Below are positions 9,766 through 20,288 of a DNA stretch of 64,000 nt, piece after piece. The number at the start of each line of letters is the position of its first letter. The stretch's first letter is position 1. The DNA comes from Steroidobacteraceae bacterium (GTDB taxonomy: Bacteria > Pseudomonadota > Gammaproteobacteria > Steroidobacterales > Steroidobacteraceae): assembly GCA_029266835.1 (NCBI GenBank), contig JAQSWD010000037.1, positions 944-64,943 on the forward strand, given 5' to 3'. Under the pieces are notes generated by a model. It made no database searches and was not told the origin of the DNA. It saw only the letters and a program-made list of their open reading frames with translations. The translations under genes and the position numbers were made by a program.

Positions 9766-11162
9766 TGCGCGAACGCCTCATTTCGCTGGTGCTGGCCCTG
9801 GGTGCTTTCGCCGCTTTCTACGGCCTGTGGCTCCAGCCGCACGCGGCATTCGACGATGACGACATTGCGCGTCCCACGACCACCGAGAAGAAAGGCAACG
9901 GCTACTCGGCCTTGTACGACTGGCTCAATGGCTCGGGCGTGCGCACACGCTCGCTGCGCGAGCGATATTCCGCACTCAAGGACCTCGACATCGCGCCGCG
10001 CGGCAACCTGCTCATGCTCACGCTGCCCGCGGTGGATGTGTTCCGCCACGAGGAATACGCCGCGCTCGATCAATGGGTGCGCAAGGGCAACACGTTGCTG
10101 ATCGTGGCGGCGCTGCTGGATCAGCCCGGCTGGGGCGCGCGACGGGCATCGGGCGCCGTGGCGGAAATCGAATCGCTGACGGGCCTGGAATTCGAGACCG
10201 CCGAGAGCCGCGCGCAACGCCTGGACGACCGGCCGCTGGCGGACCGCGTCCGCGAAATCGACGAGCGCGAAGCGCGCCAGGAAGCGGGAGAGGAAGCCGG
10301 AGAGGCACCCGACGAAGGACCCGCGGATCGCAACATCGAAGATGAGGTGGGCGACACGCAGGACGATGCCTTTGAAGAGCCCGAAAGCATCCAGCTCACG
10401 AGCACCGGGCCGCACCCATTGCTGCGCGACGTACAGACGCTGCACCTGGACACCGACTATCGCGGCGGCGACTGGTCGTTGCGCATTCCGTACGACAGCT
10501 TCGTGCTCACGTTGGCGCGGAATGCCAGCGGCGAGGGCGCGTTATTCGAGCAACGGCTGGGCAAGGGATACATCCTGTTGTCGTCCGGCGGTTCGCTGTT
10601 CACCAATCGCGCGTTGGGTGAGTCCGACAACGGCCGGCTGTTCGCGAACATCGTCAGCGCGCGTATGGCACCCAATGGCGTGGTGATGTTCGACGACCTG
10701 CGACAGGGGCTTTCGGCGAGCTACAACCCGGCCCGCTTCTACCGCGACCCGCGGCTCTACAAGACGCTGTTCATGCTCGTGGGCCTATGGCTGATCTGGG
10801 TGGTGGGCTCGACGCGCCTGAGGGCTCCCGTGATAGTGGAGCACGACCCCTCGGAGGCAGACCTGGTGCGGCATTCGGGCGGGCTCATCGCGCGTACCGT
10901 GGCGCCTTACTACACGGCGCGCCGCCTGTTCGATGGCTTCTTCGCCAGCGTGGCACGCGCGCTACGTGGTGCCACCGGTACGGTGGACCCCGAGCGCGGC
11001 GAACTGTGGCAGTGGCTGGAGCGCCACGGCGCGATCCTGCCGCAAGAGCTCGATCAGCTGAAAACCTGGTACGCCGAGGCCCATGCGGAACGTAAAGTGC
11101 CGCTCGTGCCGCTGCAGAATCTCCTCGATACTCTTTCCCAAAGACTGAACAAGCATCCATGA
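9765..11162 (+). CDS. DUF4350-like membrane-anchored protein
   Basis: Start is at 'MRERLISLVLALGAFAAFYGLW', overlapping the preceding stop (ATGA). It has an acidic low-complexity insert and a second TM helix. The call rests mainly on position directly upstream of MoxR. Confidence 0.55.
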   Translation: MRERLISLVLALGAFAAFYGLWLQPHAAFDDDDIARPTTTEKKGNGYSALYDWLNGSGVRTRSLRERYSALKDLDIAPRGNLLMLTLPAVDVFRHEEYAALDQWVRKGNTLLIVAALLDQPGWGARRASGAVAEIESLTGLEFETAESRAQRLDDRPLADRVREIDEREARQEAGEEAGEAPDEGPADRNIEDEVGDTQDDAFEEPESIQLTSTGPHPLLRDVQTLHLDTDYRGGDWSLRIPYDSFVLTLARNASGEGALFEQRLGKGYILLSSGGSLFTNRALGESDNGRLFANIVSARMAPNGVVMFDDLRQGLSASYNPARFYRDPRLYKTLFMLVGLWLIWVVGSTRLRAPVIVEHDPSEADLVRHSGGLIARTVAPYYTARRLFDGFFASVARALRGATGTVDPERGELWQWLERHGAILPQELDQLKTWYAEAHAERKVPLVPLQNLLDTLSQRLNKHP

Positions 11163-12109
11163 ACAATTCCGTCGCCAGTTTCGAACAACACCTGCAACGC
11201 GAACTCGCGCGAGTCATCGTCGGCGCCGAAGACGTGGTGCGCGCGCTGTGCATCGCCCTGATCGCGCGCGGCCACGTACTGCTGCAAGGTCCGCCGGGCC
11301 TGGGCAAGACGTTGCTCGCGAAAACCCTGGCGCGGGTGCTGGGCGGCGAGTTCAAGCGCGTGCAGGGCACCGCGGATCTCATGCCCAGCGACATCATCGG
11401 CACCCACGTGTACGACGCCTCGAAGAACGAGTTCGTGTTCCGCCGCGGACCGCTGTTCGCGGACGTGCTGCTCATGGACGAAGTGAATCGTACGGGCCCG
11501 AAGACGCAGTCCGCATTGCTGGAGGCGATGGAAGAGCGACAGGTGTCCTCGGAGCGCGACCTCTATCCACTGCCCGAAGACTTCCTGGTGCTGGCCACGC
11601 AGAATCCGCGCGAGTTCGAGGGCACCTATCCACTGCCCGAGTCGCAGCTCGACCGGTTCATGCTGCGCATCGACATGAGTTACCCGGAGCGCGCCGCCGA
11701 GGCGGAAATCCTCAAGCGGTATGGCACCGAGCTCGAAGCGCGCGACCCGATCCCGGCCGATCTTGGCGGCATCGACCGCAATCTGCTGCACGCGGCGCGC
11801 GCCGCGGCCAGCGCCCTGCACGTGTCCGAGGCGTTGTCGAATTACGTAATCGACCTTGCGCGCGCCACGCGCGAGCACCCGCGCGTGTCGTTGGGACTGT
11901 CCACCCGTGGCGGGCTGGCGCTGCTGCGCGCGGCCCGCGTGCACGCGGGTTTGCGAGGTGCTGACTTCGTGGCGCCGGACGACGTGCAGGCCGTCGCCCG
12001 CTGGGTGCTGGCGCATCGGCTGGTACTCAAGCCCGAAGCCGCGCTGGATGGAGACACCGACCTCGGCATCGTCGGCGCCATTCTTGAAGGCACGGCGGTG
12101 CCTCGCTGA
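11159..12109 (+). CDS. MoxR-family AAA+ ATPase
   Basis: 316 aa with Walker A 'GPPGLGKT' and Walker B 'LLMDEVNR'. 'ATQNP.E.EGTYPLPE.QLDRF' is diagnostic of MoxR. Confidence 0.9.
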   Translation: MNNSVASFEQHLQRELARVIVGAEDVVRALCIALIARGHVLLQGPPGLGKTLLAKTLARVLGGEFKRVQGTADLMPSDIIGTHVYDASKNEFVFRRGPLFADVLLMDEVNRTGPKTQSALLEAMEERQVSSERDLYPLPEDFLVLATQNPREFEGTYPLPESQLDRFMLRIDMSYPERAAEAEILKRYGTELEARDPIPADLGGIDRNLLHAARAAASALHVSEALSNYVIDLARATREHPRVSLGLSTRGGLALLRAARVHAGLRGADFVAPDDVQAVARWVLAHRLVLKPEAALDGDTDLGIVGAILEGTAVPR

Positions 12110-13407
12110 TGCATCTCGCGCTGCGCGGCTACCTGCTCATCGCCCTGATCGCGTTGCTGGGCATCGCCGGCACGTGGTCGGAGGAGCCGGCTTTCGCGGG
12201 TGCGTGGCTGTGGCCCTCTTTCCTGTTGTTGTCCGGTCTCGCCGCGGAAGCCTGGTATCTGCGCGGCACGCAGGTCCGGCTGCGGATGGAGGTGACGGAG
12301 CGCCTCAAGCTGGGCTGCGCGACCGCGGGTGCGTACGCCTTCCAGCACAACCGGGGCCGGGAGCAGGTGCTTCAATATGCGCGCGTGTTGCCCGCGTCGA
12401 TGCGGCAGTTTCCCGAAGTGCGCAGTGTGACGCTGCCGCCGGAAGAAGAGACCTTCGAGCAGGCCGAACTGGTTCCACTGCGGCTGGGCGCCGGCCGTTT
12501 CGGCGATGTGCCGGCAAGGTTGTTAGGGCGCTTCCACCTGGCATGGTGGTCACGGCGGCTGCCGCAGGACGCGCCGTTCCGTGTCGCGCCCGACAGCCTG
12601 CCGCGTGGCGCGCGCCCGGTGGCGGGCGAATCGGCTGGAGAGACGCCGCGCCGGCTGCCCGGCGCGGGCATGGAGCTCCTGCAACTGCGCGAGTACGTGT
12701 CCGGCGACGCGTTGTCACGCATCGACTGGAAGGCGACGGCGCGCCGGGGATCGCTGATCTCGCGTGAGTACAGCGAAGCGCAGCACCTGGAGCTGCTGCT
12801 GGTCATCGATGCCGGGCGCGCCAGCCGCGTGCGCGCCGGTGCGCTCGATCGGCTGGGCCTGTACGCCAATGTGGCCGCGCGCCTGGCCGAACACGCGGTA
12901 TCGGTGGAAGACCGCGTCGGCCTGCTGGTGTACGCCGAACGTCCGCTGGTCGCCTGCGCGCCGGATCGCGGCCTGCGCGCCGTCACGCGGCTGCGTCATG
13001 CGCTCGAGACTCTCGAGAGCGAGCGCGGCGAATCCAATCCGGTGGCGGCGGCGCTCACGGTGCGCAAGCTGCTGCGTCATCGTGGTCTCGTGGTCTGGCT
13101 CACGGACCTCGCCGAGCCCGAGCGCAACCAACACCTGCTTCAGGCGCTGCAGGCCCTGGTCCCGCGGCACCAACCCGTCGTGGCGGCGCCACGGGCCGCC
13201 GAGATCGCGCGGTTGGCCGCGAAACCCGCCGTGGATTGGCGCGACCCGTCCATCGCGCTGGCCGCGCGCGAACACGCGCATCGCGCGCGTGCGCAGATCG
13301 CCAACCTGAATCGCCGGGGCGTGGTGGTGCTGGACGAGCCGGACGACCAGCTCGACAAGGCCGTGCTTGACGCCTATCTACTGCTGCGGCGTCGCCGCAA
13401 GGTCTAG
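12109..13407 (+). CDS. DUF58 (vWA-like) protein, MoxR partner
   Basis: 432 aa with N-terminal TM helices. The DUF58 signature is 'LREYVSGDALSRIDWKATARRGSLISREY'. The start shares one base with the moxR stop. Confidence 0.85.
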   Translation: MHLALRGYLLIALIALLGIAGTWSEEPAFAGAWLWPSFLLLSGLAAEAWYLRGTQVRLRMEVTERLKLGCATAGAYAFQHNRGREQVLQYARVLPASMRQFPEVRSVTLPPEEETFEQAELVPLRLGAGRFGDVPARLLGRFHLAWWSRRLPQDAPFRVAPDSLPRGARPVAGESAGETPRRLPGAGMELLQLREYVSGDALSRIDWKATARRGSLISREYSEAQHLELLLVIDAGRASRVRAGALDRLGLYANVAARLAEHAVSVEDRVGLLVYAERPLVACAPDRGLRAVTRLRHALETLESERGESNPVAAALTVRKLLRHRGLVVWLTDLAEPERNQHLLQALQALVPRHQPVVAAPRAAEIARLAAKPAVDWRDPSIALAAREHAHRARAQIANLNRRGVVVLDEPDDQLDKAVLDAYLLLRRRRKV

Positions 13408-13415
13408 GCCCAGGC

Positions 13416-14939
13416 CTAGGAGAGTATCGGCGGGCCGCCGCGCGAACGCCCGAACACATAGCCGCGCAGGAAGCTGATCATGAACAGCCAGAACCCCACG
13501 CCGATGGTGACGCGCGCCCATCGCGGCACCTCGGGGTCCGGCGACACATAACCTTCGATGAACCCGCAGATGAACAGCAGCAACGTGACGGCGCCCATCA
13601 CTCTCAGGCTCTCGGCGGCCGCCGCGCGGAACGCTTCCGCGCGCGTGCGCCGGCCGGGCCGCGCCAGCGCCTCGCCAATGTAAGCGCCGGCCGCGCCGGC
13701 GATGCAGATGCACGACAGTTCGACACAGCCATGCGCGATTACGAAGTCGAACAGGCCGCCCGCGAGCCCATGCTGCCCGACGAAGGCGAACAACGCGCCG
13801 AGGTTCAACCCGTTCAGTCCGATGATGTACAGCGTGCCGATGCCGAAGAACAGCCCGAGCGTGAACGCGAAGAACGACACCACGATGTTGTTGGTGAGGA
13901 TGTCCACCGAGTGCACGACCGCAGGCGCGACGTTCAACATGCCCTCGGTCCACAACTCGCCGCGTTCCACGGTGGCGATGAGAGTAGGGCCGGCGAACAG
14001 CGAGATGAGGTCGGGATAGGTGAAGATCAGCCATGCGCCGGTGATTCCCGACGCGATGAACAGCAGCGTGACGGCGAGCAGATGCAGGCGCATGGCGGAC
14101 ATGGCGGCCGGGACGCGATCGCGAAACAGCGCCAGCACTACCTGCCAGCCGCGCCGGGCAGGGCGGTGGATCGCGTCGTGCAGGTCCGCGTAGGTTGCCT
14201 CCAGGTATTCCGCCGAGGCGCGGTCATCGGGCGCGCGTGACTGGCGTGCGGCGTTGATCAGGTGCGCCGCGCGCCGGTATTCGTCCACCACCGCCAGCGC
14301 GTCGTCCACGTTGCTGTCGGCGCGCCGGCGCAAGGAGGCCGCGCGCTGACGTACTGCGTGCCAGGCCGCATGCCGCTGCGCGTCGCCGCCGTCGCGCGCC
14401 AGTTTTTCGAGGAAGGGCGCGCGATCCACGGCCAGCACGGTGCCCGCGGCGATGTCGCCCAGCCGCAGGTGGCGCTTGCTGAACAACACGAACATCAGCC
14501 CCACCACGTAGCCCACGGGCATGGAATCGATCAGGCGGAACACGTTGCGGATGACGAGCGAGCTGGTGGTGGGCACCTGGCCTTCGATCGACAGCACGCG
14601 CAGGCCCGACATGCGTTTGCCGGGCGTGCGCCCCGACATGAGCGGCTCCACCACGACGTGGTAGAGGAAGTAGATAGCCGCAGCCGGCACCACGCCGGCG
14701 AGAAACCACAACGTCGACTCATCGGGTCCGACAGCGAACGAGAAGTTGCCCAGCAGCACGCGCGAGGCCAGCAGCATGTACACCATCGACAACGCGGTGC
14801 GCAGCAGCCAGTCGATCATGAAGGCCATGGCGCGCGCGCCGGGGCCGGCGAGCACGATGGATGCGTCGACGCCCGTGGCGCTGGGCACGGCGAGCGCGGG
14901 AGGAGCGGCCAAACCACTCGTTCCCGCGAAAGTGTTCAC
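13416..14939 (-). CDS. Fusion of an RDD-family membrane domain with a SpoIIM-like (stage II sporulation protein M family) membrane domain
   Basis: 507 aa. The N-terminal third resembles RDD proteins (multi-TM, 'GKR..GLRV'). The C-terminal half resembles SpoIIM/DUF95 ('NN..V.F..F..G', 'HG..EL'). The start overlaps the prfA stop by 4 nt. Confidence 0.65.
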   Translation of the reverse strand: MNTFAGTSGLAAPPALAVPSATGVDASIVLAGPGARAMAFMIDWLLRTALSMVYMLLASRVLLGNFSFAVGPDESTLWFLAGVVPAAAIYFLYHVVVEPLMSGRTPGKRMSGLRVLSIEGQVPTTSSLVIRNVFRLIDSMPVGYVVGLMFVLFSKRHLRLGDIAAGTVLAVDRAPFLEKLARDGGDAQRHAAWHAVRQRAASLRRRADSNVDDALAVVDEYRRAAHLINAARQSRAPDDRASAEYLEATYADLHDAIHRPARRGWQVVLALFRDRVPAAMSAMRLHLLAVTLLFIASGITGAWLIFTYPDLISLFAGPTLIATVERGELWTEGMLNVAPAVVHSVDILTNNIVVSFFAFTLGLFFGIGTLYIIGLNGLNLGALFAFVGQHGLAGGLFDFVIAHGCVELSCICIAGAAGAYIGEALARPGRRTRAEAFRAAAAESLRVMGAVTLLLFICGFIEGYVSPDPEVPRWARVTIGVGFWLFMISFLRGYVFGRSRGGPPILS

Positions 14940-16039
14940 GCCGCGCCCCGCTGTTCTTCTTCCGCCAGCTGTTCGGCCTGGTGCTCGTGCTGCAGGGCGT
15001 CCATGAGCTCGTCGAGTTTGCCCTGCATGACATCGCCCAGCTTGTACAACGTGAGGTTGATGCGATGGTCGGTGACGCGGCCTTGCGGAAAGTTGTACGT
15101 GCGGATGCGCTCGGAGCGGTCGCCCGTGCCCACCTGCAGCTTGCGGTTGCGCGCCACTTCGCTCTCGCGCTTTTCCTGCTCGGCGGCCAGCAGTTTGGCC
15201 TTCATGAGCGCCATGGCGCGCGAGCGGTTCTTGTGCTGCGAACGTTCATCCTGGCACTCGACCACGAGCCCGCTGGGGATGTGCGTGATGCGGATGGCCG
15301 ACTCGGTCTTGTTGACGTGCTGGCCGCCGGCGCCGGACGCGCGATACGTGTCGATGCGCAGCTCGGCGGGGTTGAGATCCGTGGCCTCCACTTCGTCGGG
15401 TTCGGCCAGGATGGCCACCGTGCACGCGGAGGTGTGGATGCGGCCCTGCGCCTCGGTGGCGGGAACTCGCTGCACGCGGTGCACGCCCGATTCGAACTTG
15501 AATCGCGCGAAGGCGCCGTTGCCGGCGATGCGGCTGATGATCTCGCGGTACCCGCCATGCTCGCCCAGGCTCTCGGACAGGATCTCGACCGTGAAGCCCT
15601 GGGTCTCGGCGTATCGCGAATACATCCGGAACAGGTCGCCAGCGAAGATGGCCGCCTCGTCACCGCCGGTGCCGGCGCGCACTTCGAGGTAGATGTTCTT
15701 GTCGTCGCGCGGGTCGCGCGGGATCAGCATCATCTTGAGCGCGCTCTCGGCCTGTTCGACGGCCGGCGACAGGCGCGCGGCTTCCTCGGCCCCCATGTCG
15801 CGCATGCCGGGGTCGCCGTCGTTCTGCATTTCGCGCGCCGCGTCCAGCTCGCTTTCCAGCGCGCGAAAGGCGCCGAACTTCTCGGCCACGGGCGTCAGGC
15901 GGGCGTATTCCACCGACAGGTCGCGGAACTCGCGTTGTCGGCCGATGACCGCCGGGTCTGCCAGCGACCGTCCGATTTCCTCATAGCGGTCGACCATTTT
16001 CTCGAGCCGCAATCGAATGGTGTCTTTCACGCGAACCAT
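14936..16039 (-). CDS. prfA: Peptide chain release factor 1
   Basis: GGQ motif '[14 protein letters not shown]', a PxT-type 'RVPATE' region and '[16 protein letters not shown]'. Start is placed at 16039 ('MVRVKDT...', 367 aa), not at the ORF-track start 16285. Confidence 0.95.
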   Translation of the reverse strand: MVRVKDTIRLRLEKMVDRYEEIGRSLADPAVIGRQREFRDLSVEYARLTPVAEKFGAFRALESELDAAREMQNDGDPGMRDMGAEEAARLSPAVEQAESALKMMLIPRDPRDDKNIYLEVRAGTGGDEAAIFAGDLFRMYSRYAETQGFTVEILSESLGEHGGYREIISRIAGNGAFARFKFESGVHRVQRVPATEAQGRIHTSACTVAILAEPDEVEATDLNPAELRIDTYRASGAGGQHVNKTESAIRITHIPSGLVVECQDERSQHKNRSRAMALMKAKLLAAEQEKRESEVARNRKLQVGTGDRSERIRTYNFPQGRVTDHRINLTLYKLGDVMQGKLDELMDALQHEHQAEQLAEEEQRGAA

Positions 16040-16073
16040 TGTAAGGGACCGAGGTCCAGCTATAGTGCCCTCC

Positions 16074-17816
16074 ATGCCACGAAATTCCCTGTTTCGAGCC
16101 TGCCTGCTCTCGTTTGCCATGCTGCCGGCGCTGGCCGGCGCCCTGTCGCAAACCAACTCCGACAGCGCCGACCTGGTGCTGGCCGACATGGCCCTGTCGC
16201 GCGGTGACTGCCGCGGCGGCACCGATCGATACATCAAGGCCGCCATGGCGTCCGACGATGCGCGGATCGCCGAGCGCGCCAACAAGGTCGCGTCGGATTG
16301 CCAGCAGGTGGCCGCCAGCGCGCGCGCCGCTCGCCGCTGGCAGAAGCTGGAGCCGCAAAGCGCTGGCGCTGCCGCCGCGGTCGCGCTCGCCGCCGTGCGT
16401 CTCTATCAACCCGAGGAGGCGGGCGCGGCCATGCTGCGCACGCATGCTCTGGGCGGCGATGACGCGCTCATCAATCTCATCGGCGACGCCAGCGATTCCG
16501 GAGGAACCGCCATCGCGCTGAATACGCTGAAGCCGATGCTCGACTCGCCCGAGGTTTCCGAGCGGTTGCTGAATGCGGGCGTCGACCTTGCGCTGGAAAC
16601 CTTCGATTTCACCACCGCACGCAAGCTCGCGGAGCGTGCGCTTGCCAACGAGCCCGCTTCAGGTGTGGCGCGTGCGCAGCTGGCGCGGGTGCTCACGGCC
16701 GAAGGCGACGCGGTGGCTGCCATCGCCATCTCGCAGGAAGCCGCGGCGCTCGAACCCGAGTCCGAACGTTTCGCCTACGCCGACACGCTGCTGCGTCTCG
16801 ACCGCATGGACGAAGCTCGCCAGGAACTCGAGAGCCTGCGCGCCGATGCCTCGGTGCGTGAAGAGGCAGAACTGCGGCTGGGCAAGCTCGCCTACCAGAT
16901 GGGCGACATGACCGAGGCCGGCCGGCGTTTCGGTAGTTTGATCGGCTCCGAGGAAGTCGCGGCCGAGGCGTTCTTCTATTTATCGTCGATCGCCGAGCGC
17001 GAAGGGCGCACCGACCTGGCGCTGGAGGGTTACACGCGGCTGGTGGAAGCCGGCGCGGGCCTGGTCGCGCGCGGTCGCGCCGCACGACTGTTGCTGCTGA
17101 AGAACGACCGCGACGCGGCGTTCCGCATCCTCGATGAACACGCCGCCAAGGATCGCGCCGAGTCACTCGACGTGGAGTTCACCAAGGCTGCGCTGCTCGA
17201 CGATACCGGCAAGTCGAAGGAAGCCATCGCGCTGTTGCAGCTCGCGCTGGAGCGTTACCCGGATCATCCGGGTGTGCGGTACCAGATCGCGCTCATCCAG
17301 GACAAGACGGGCCTGACGCGCGAATCCATCCGCAGCTTCGAAGATCTGCTCAAGGATCGTCCCGACGACGCCAGCCTGCTCAATGCGCTGGGATATTCGC
17401 TGGCCGATCGCAACCAGAAACTGCCGCGCGCCGAGGCGCTGATCCGCAAGGCGCTGCTGTCGTCGCCCGACAATCCCGCGTTCCTCGACAGCCTGGGTTG
17501 GGTGCGCTTCCGCCGCGGTGACCTGGCCGGCGCATTGCCGCATCTCGAGCGCGCCTATCGCATCTATCCCGACCCCGAGATCGCCTCGCACTGGGGCGAG
17601 CTGTTGTGGGTCAGCGGCAAGCAGGCCGAAGCGCGTGCCCTGTGGGCGCGGTCGCTGGCGCGGTCTCCCGATTCCAAGCCGCTGCGGGCCACCATCGAGC
17701 GGCTCACCGGCACGAAGATGGATCCTCCGGAGAAGAAGTCGGCACCCGATTCCGATGATGCGGATGACGGACAACCGCTCGCGCCCGAACTCGCGCCGCA
17801 ATCCACGAGCCTCTAA
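16074..17816 (+). CDS. TPR-repeat periplasmic or lipoprotein-like protein
   Basis: Start is at '[23 protein letters not shown]' (signal peptide). There are multiple TPR-like helical repeats. Its position upstream of lolB-ispE is conserved in many Gammaproteobacteria. Confidence 0.75.
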   Translation: MPRNSLFRACLLSFAMLPALAGALSQTNSDSADLVLADMALSRGDCRGGTDRYIKAAMASDDARIAERANKVASDCQQVAASARAARRWQKLEPQSAGAAAAVALAAVRLYQPEEAGAAMLRTHALGGDDALINLIGDASDSGGTAIALNTLKPMLDSPEVSERLLNAGVDLALETFDFTTARKLAERALANEPASGVARAQLARVLTAEGDAVAAIAISQEAAALEPESERFAYADTLLRLDRMDEARQELESLRADASVREEAELRLGKLAYQMGDMTEAGRRFGSLIGSEEVAAEAFFYLSSIAEREGRTDLALEGYTRLVEAGAGLVARGRAARLLLLKNDRDAAFRILDEHAAKDRAESLDVEFTKAALLDDTGKSKEAIALLQLALERYPDHPGVRYQIALIQDKTGLTRESIRSFEDLLKDRPDDASLLNALGYSLADRNQKLPRAEALIRKALLSSPDNPAFLDSLGWVRFRRGDLAGALPHLERAYRIYPDPEIASHWGELLWVSGKQAEARALWARSLARSPDSKPLRATIERLTGTKMDPPEKKSAPDSDDADDGQPLAPELAPQSTSL

Positions 17817-17820
17817 CTAT

Positions 17821-18462
17821 ATGAAGGTCACGCGTCTCGCGGCGTGTGCACTGCTGCTGGCGAGCCTTGCCGGGGTTCTCACCGGCTGCCGCACCGCCCC
17901 GCCCCGGCCGGTCATCGGGCCCGGCGCCGATGCGCCGTGGCCCGAGCAACTGGCGGCGCTCGAGCAGCTCGATCGTTATGCGCTCAATGGCCGCGTGGCA
18001 GTGGCGGCGAACGGCCAGGGTTTTTCCGCCAGCCTGCGATACGCGCAGCAACCGCGCCGCACCGAGTTCTCGCTGGATGGACCGCTGGGCATCGGCGGCC
18101 TGCGTGTGGAAGTGGAGGGCGAGCGAGTCGCCATCGTCACCAGCCGCGGCGAGAAGCTGGACGGTCCCGAGGCGCGTGCGGAACTCGAACGTCGCCTGGG
18201 CTTTGCGCTGCCGCTGGAAGATCTGCGCTGGTGGCTGCTGGGCATACCCGCGCCAGGCGAAGCCTCCGTGAATGCCGAGCAGAGCGGCGAGATCCGCGAA
18301 TTCACGCAGCGTGACTGGCGCGTGAGCGTCAACTCGCGCATCGCCGGCCTGGGTTTCTCGCTGCCGCAACGCCTGACCGCGCAGAGAATCGGTGGCGAGG
18401 GCGAGGGACAAAGCGAGGGCGAGGGCGCTCGACTGAAACTCCTGGTGGAGCGGTGGGAGTGA
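17821..18462 (+). CDS. lolB: Outer-membrane lipoprotein LolB
   Basis: Lipobox 'LTGC' after a signal peptide. 'LNGRVAV....GFSA.L.W' is LolB-like. It lies directly upstream of, and overlaps, ispE. Confidence 0.7.
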   Translation: MKVTRLAACALLLASLAGVLTGCRTAPPRPVIGPGADAPWPEQLAALEQLDRYALNGRVAVAANGQGFSASLRYAQQPRRTEFSLDGPLGIGGLRVEVEGERVAIVTSRGEKLDGPEARAELERRLGFALPLEDLRWWLLGIPAPGEASVNAEQSGEIREFTQRDWRVSVNSRIAGLGFSLPQRLTAQRIGGEGEGQSEGEGARLKLLVERWE

Positions 18463-19286
18463 TTTTCTCCGCCCCCGCCAAGCTCAACCTGATGCTCCAC
18501 ATCGTCGGCCGTCGCGCCGACGGGTACCACGAACTCCAGACTGTCTTTCAACTGGTGGATCTGTGTGACCGGCTTGAAATCACTTCTCGCCCGGATGGGC
18601 TGATACGGCGCGTTGCGGGCCCATCCTCGGTTGCGGAAGCCGACGATTTGACTGTGCGGGCCGCCAGGGCGCTTCAAGCGGCTACCCGCAGCTCCCTGGG
18701 GGCCGAAATTTCGGTCTGGAAGCACATTCCGATGGGCGGCGGACTGGGTGGTGGCAGTTCGGATGCCGCCACTACGCTGCTGGCCTTGAACAAGATATGG
18801 CGTACACAGCTCACTTCGGAGCAAATCGCCGCCATTGGCGCCCGATTGGGCGCTGATGTACCGGTTTTCGTTCACGGGAGGTCGGCCTGGGCCGAAGGGA
18901 CAGGCGAAAAGCTCACCCCGGTGGATCTGCAGCCGGCTTCCTGGTTCGTCATCGTGTTCCCCGGGGTCGGGGTGCCAACCGCGGCGGTATTCCAGGCTCC
19001 TGAATTGACACGCAATTCACCCCCCACCACAATGCGCGGCTTTTTGGAAACGGGCGGGCGGAACGATTGCGAAGCCGTCGTTCGCGCGCGGTTTCCGGCG
19101 GTGGCTGAGGCGTTGGATTGGCTGGGCAGGCATGGGCCTGCCAGGCTCACGGGTACGGGTTCCTGCGTGTTCGCAAAATTCGCGCGCGTCGAAGACGCGG
19201 AGCGTGTCGCGGCGCGCGTCCCGGATACCTGGCGCGCATTCGTGGCGCGCGGTCTGGATGCATCACCTCTGCTTGCCGAGCTGTGA
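18453..19286 (+). CDS. ispE: 4-diphosphocytidyl-2-C-methyl-D-erythritol kinase
   Basis: 277 aa GHMP kinase with 'PAKLNL.L.I.GRR.DGYH' and 'IPMGGGLGGGSSDAA'. GTG start. Confidence 0.9.
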   Translation: MGVIFSAPAKLNLMLHIVGRRADGYHELQTVFQLVDLCDRLEITSRPDGLIRRVAGPSSVAEADDLTVRAARALQAATRSSLGAEISVWKHIPMGGGLGGGSSDAATTLLALNKIWRTQLTSEQIAAIGARLGADVPVFVHGRSAWAEGTGEKLTPVDLQPASWFVIVFPGVGVPTAAVFQAPELTRNSPPTTMRGFLETGGRNDCEAVVRARFPAVAEALDWLGRHGPARLTGTGSCVFAKFARVEDAERVAARVPDTWRAFVARGLDASPLLAEL

Positions 19287-19291
19287 GTAGT

Positions 19292-19366
19292 TGGGGTGTC
19301 GCCAAGTGGTAAGGCAGCGGGTTTTGATCCCGCCATTCGGAGGTTCGAATCCTTCCACCCCAGCCA
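19292..19366 (+). tRNA. tRNA-Gln (anticodon UUG)
   Basis: Cloverleaf folded by hand. Acceptor TGGGGTG/CACCCCA, anticodon loop TTTTGAT, T-loop GGTTCGAATCC, encoded CCA. It closely resembles E. coli tRNA-Gln. Confidence 0.9.
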
Positions 19367-19381
19367 ATACCGGGAGGTTGA

Positions 19382-20284
19382 GTGGTCGATTCAGAAACGC
19401 TGGCGCTGTTCGCGGGTAACGCCAATCCGGCGCTGGCTCACGACATCGCGAGGCATCTGACCAGTCCGCTGGGACGCGCCTACGTCGGACGGTTCTCCGA
19501 CGGCGAAGTGAACATCGAGTTGATGGAGAACGTGCGCGGGCGCGATGTGTTCATCGTGCAGCCCACCTGCCCACCGACCAACGACAACCTCATGGAGTTG
19601 TTGGTGCTGGTCGATGCCTGCCGGCGAGCGTCGGCGGCGAAGATCACGGCGGTGGTGCCGTACTTCGGTTACTCGCGCCAGGATCGCCGGCCGCGCGCCA
19701 CGCGCGCCGCGATCACCGCGAAGCTGGTGGCGAACATGATCCAGAGTGCGGGTGTCGATCGGCTGCTGACCATCGACCTGCACTCGGACCAGATACAGGG
19801 CTTTTTCGACATACCGGTGGACAACGTGTACGCGTCGCCGGTGTTGTTGGGTGATGCGTACCGGCAGCGCTACGAGAACCTGATCGTGGTGTCGCCGGAC
19901 GTGGGTGGTGTGGTGAGAGCCCGGGCGCTGGCGAAGCGGCTGGACGACGCGGATCTGGCGATCATCGACAAGCGCCGGCCGCGGCCGAACGAGTCGAAGG
20001 TGATGAACATCATCGGTGAGGTCGAGGGCAAGACCTGCGTCCTCGTCGATGACATGGTGGATACCGCGGGCACGCTGTGTGCGGGCGCGCAGGCGTTGAA
20101 GGACGAGGGTGCGGTGAAGGTGGTGGCGTACATCACGCACGCCATCCTCACCGACACCATCCCGCTGTCGCCGGCGGCGAAGCAATGTGGACGCATCCGG
20201 CAGTTGTCGGTTGCGGGGCTTCTGGCCGAAACCATCCGTCGCATCCGCGACGAGGATTCGGTGAGCAGCCTGTACCTGGATTGA
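19382..20284 (+). CDS. prs: Ribose-phosphate pyrophosphokinase; lacks about 18 residues near the C-terminus relative to canonical Prs
   Basis: GTG start after GGGAGG. Contains 'GRFSDGE', '[11 protein letters not shown]' and '[12 protein letters not shown]'. The sequence reads 'THAIL|TDTIPL', whereas E. coli and Pseudomonas have about 18 more residues at that point (see findings). Confidence 0.9.
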   Translation: MVDSETLALFAGNANPALAHDIARHLTSPLGRAYVGRFSDGEVNIELMENVRGRDVFIVQPTCPPTNDNLMELLVLVDACRRASAAKITAVVPYFGYSRQDRRPRATRAAITAKLVANMIQSAGVDRLLTIDLHSDQIQGFFDIPVDNVYASPVLLGDAYRQRYENLIVVSPDVGGVVRARALAKRLDDADLAIIDKRRPRPNESKVMNIIGEVEGKTCVLVDDMVDTAGTLCAGAQALKDEGAVKVVAYITHAILTDTIPLSPAAKQCGRIRQLSVAGLLAETIRRIRDEDSVSSLYLD

Positions 20285-20288
20285 GGTT

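Noticed and set aside
16040-16285. Upstream extension of the prfA ORF (82 extra codons); similar extensions exist for the hybrid kinase (28889..29005), the DUF898 gene (5586..5684), the TonB receptor (53775..53975) and the autotransporter (32228..32422)
   Set aside because: The extensions lack homology to the respective families, overlap neighbouring genes or promoters, and internal starts give canonical N-termini or signal peptides with ribosome-binding sites.
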